Origin: Chloroflexia bacterium
GTDB taxonomy: Bacteria > Chloroflexota > Chloroflexia > Chloroheliales > Chloroheliaceae
Direction of reading: 5' to 3'
DNA length: 24,000 bases
NCBI GenBank assembly: GCA_038209275.1
Contig: JBBQXW010000039.1
Coordinates: forward strand, 1 to 24,000
Shown here: positions 23,179-24,000 of the stretch, one piece after another
Position numbering within the stretch: the first letter of the stretch is position 1
How the letters are laid out: every line of letters starts with the position of its first letter
Made by a program: the position numbers and the translations under genes
Notes under the pieces: model-generated
Database searches by the model: none
What the model was told of the DNA's origin: nothing
Seen by the model: only the letters and a program-made list of their open reading frames with translations

Positions 23179-23340
23179 TGAGGCGGATGAAGCCTTCTCT
23201 TGCACCGATTTAAGAACTTGTTTCATAATGGGTAGGGGTTCAATTCATTGAACCCAATTGGGCCTGCCCCTTCAAGCCCCTACCAGCTTTGAAACAACTT
23301 CTAAGGTCGGTTCAGCAAAGAAAGACTTCCTTCCGCCTCA
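23179..23340. repeat. ~160-nt composite imperfect inverted-repeat element in the tsf-pyrH spacer
   Basis: Conserved ends: TGAGGCGGA (23179-23187) / TCCGCCTCA (23332-23340), and TTGTTTCA (23218-23225) / TGAAACAA (23290-23297). Inner hairpins are GGTAGGGG...CCCCTACC and GGTTCAAT-TC-ATTGAACC (23237-23254). Confidence 0.8.
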
Positions 23341-23468
23341 TTTAATATATATTTCATTTAATTTTTCGGGTATAATAGTTGCTAAGAAACAAATTGAGTT
23401 TATTTTCGTTGTGCTAATAAGGAGTCTTAAGCAGCAATCAGCTAACGGAGCAGCATCCTACAAATTAA

Positions 23469-24000
<532 letters not shown>

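Overview
Bacterial chromosomal segment, roughly 50-55% GC by eye, with GGAGG-type Shine-Dalgarno sites in front of most genes. Lineage cannot be determined from the sequence alone. A short ~178-aa EF-Ts and the gene content would fit a Chloroflexota/Terrabacteria-type genome, but that is a guess. I can support 21 protein-coding genes or gene relics. I recognised no rRNA, tRNA or CRISPR array. All family assignments come from motif recognition by eye; no searches were run.

Left edge (main candidate system): a STAND/NACHT-type P-loop NTPase (minus strand, 5' part only, absent from the ORF track because it runs off the window) is transcribed divergently from a TIR-domain protein. The two proteins share a clearly homologous ~80-aa helical module, N-terminal in the NTPase and C-terminal in the TIR protein. 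This is the architecture expected for an adaptor-coupled sensor NTPase plus NADase effector conflict/immune system.

Middle: a ferritin-like di-iron protein, two family III CoA-transferase paralogs, a SAM methyltransferase, an SDR, a glutaryl-CoA-dehydrogenase-like ACAD and a small ABM-like gene interrupted by an in-frame TGA. Also a STAS protein, a frameshifted and truncated STAND ATPase relic, an SMR efflux-TetR operon with a consensus promoter overlapped by a perfect palindromic operator, and a pirin. Further genes are an orphan beta-class DNA methyltransferase next to a GC-rich unknown gene, GlgB, and a CPA2 cation:proton antiporter followed by a PII-like small protein.

Right edge: rpsB (with a ~66-aa RGG/RD low-complexity tail), tsf and pyrH (partial).

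Window-wide oddity: almost every long intergenic spacer carries a long palindromic/hairpin element (about 40-400 nt), whether the flanking genes are divergent, convergent or tandem. These include inverted heptamer microsatellites, two all-A/T perfect palindromes between rpsB and tsf, a 17-bp inverted repeat bounding a ~400-bp noncoding unit, and a dispersed 22-25-nt motif.
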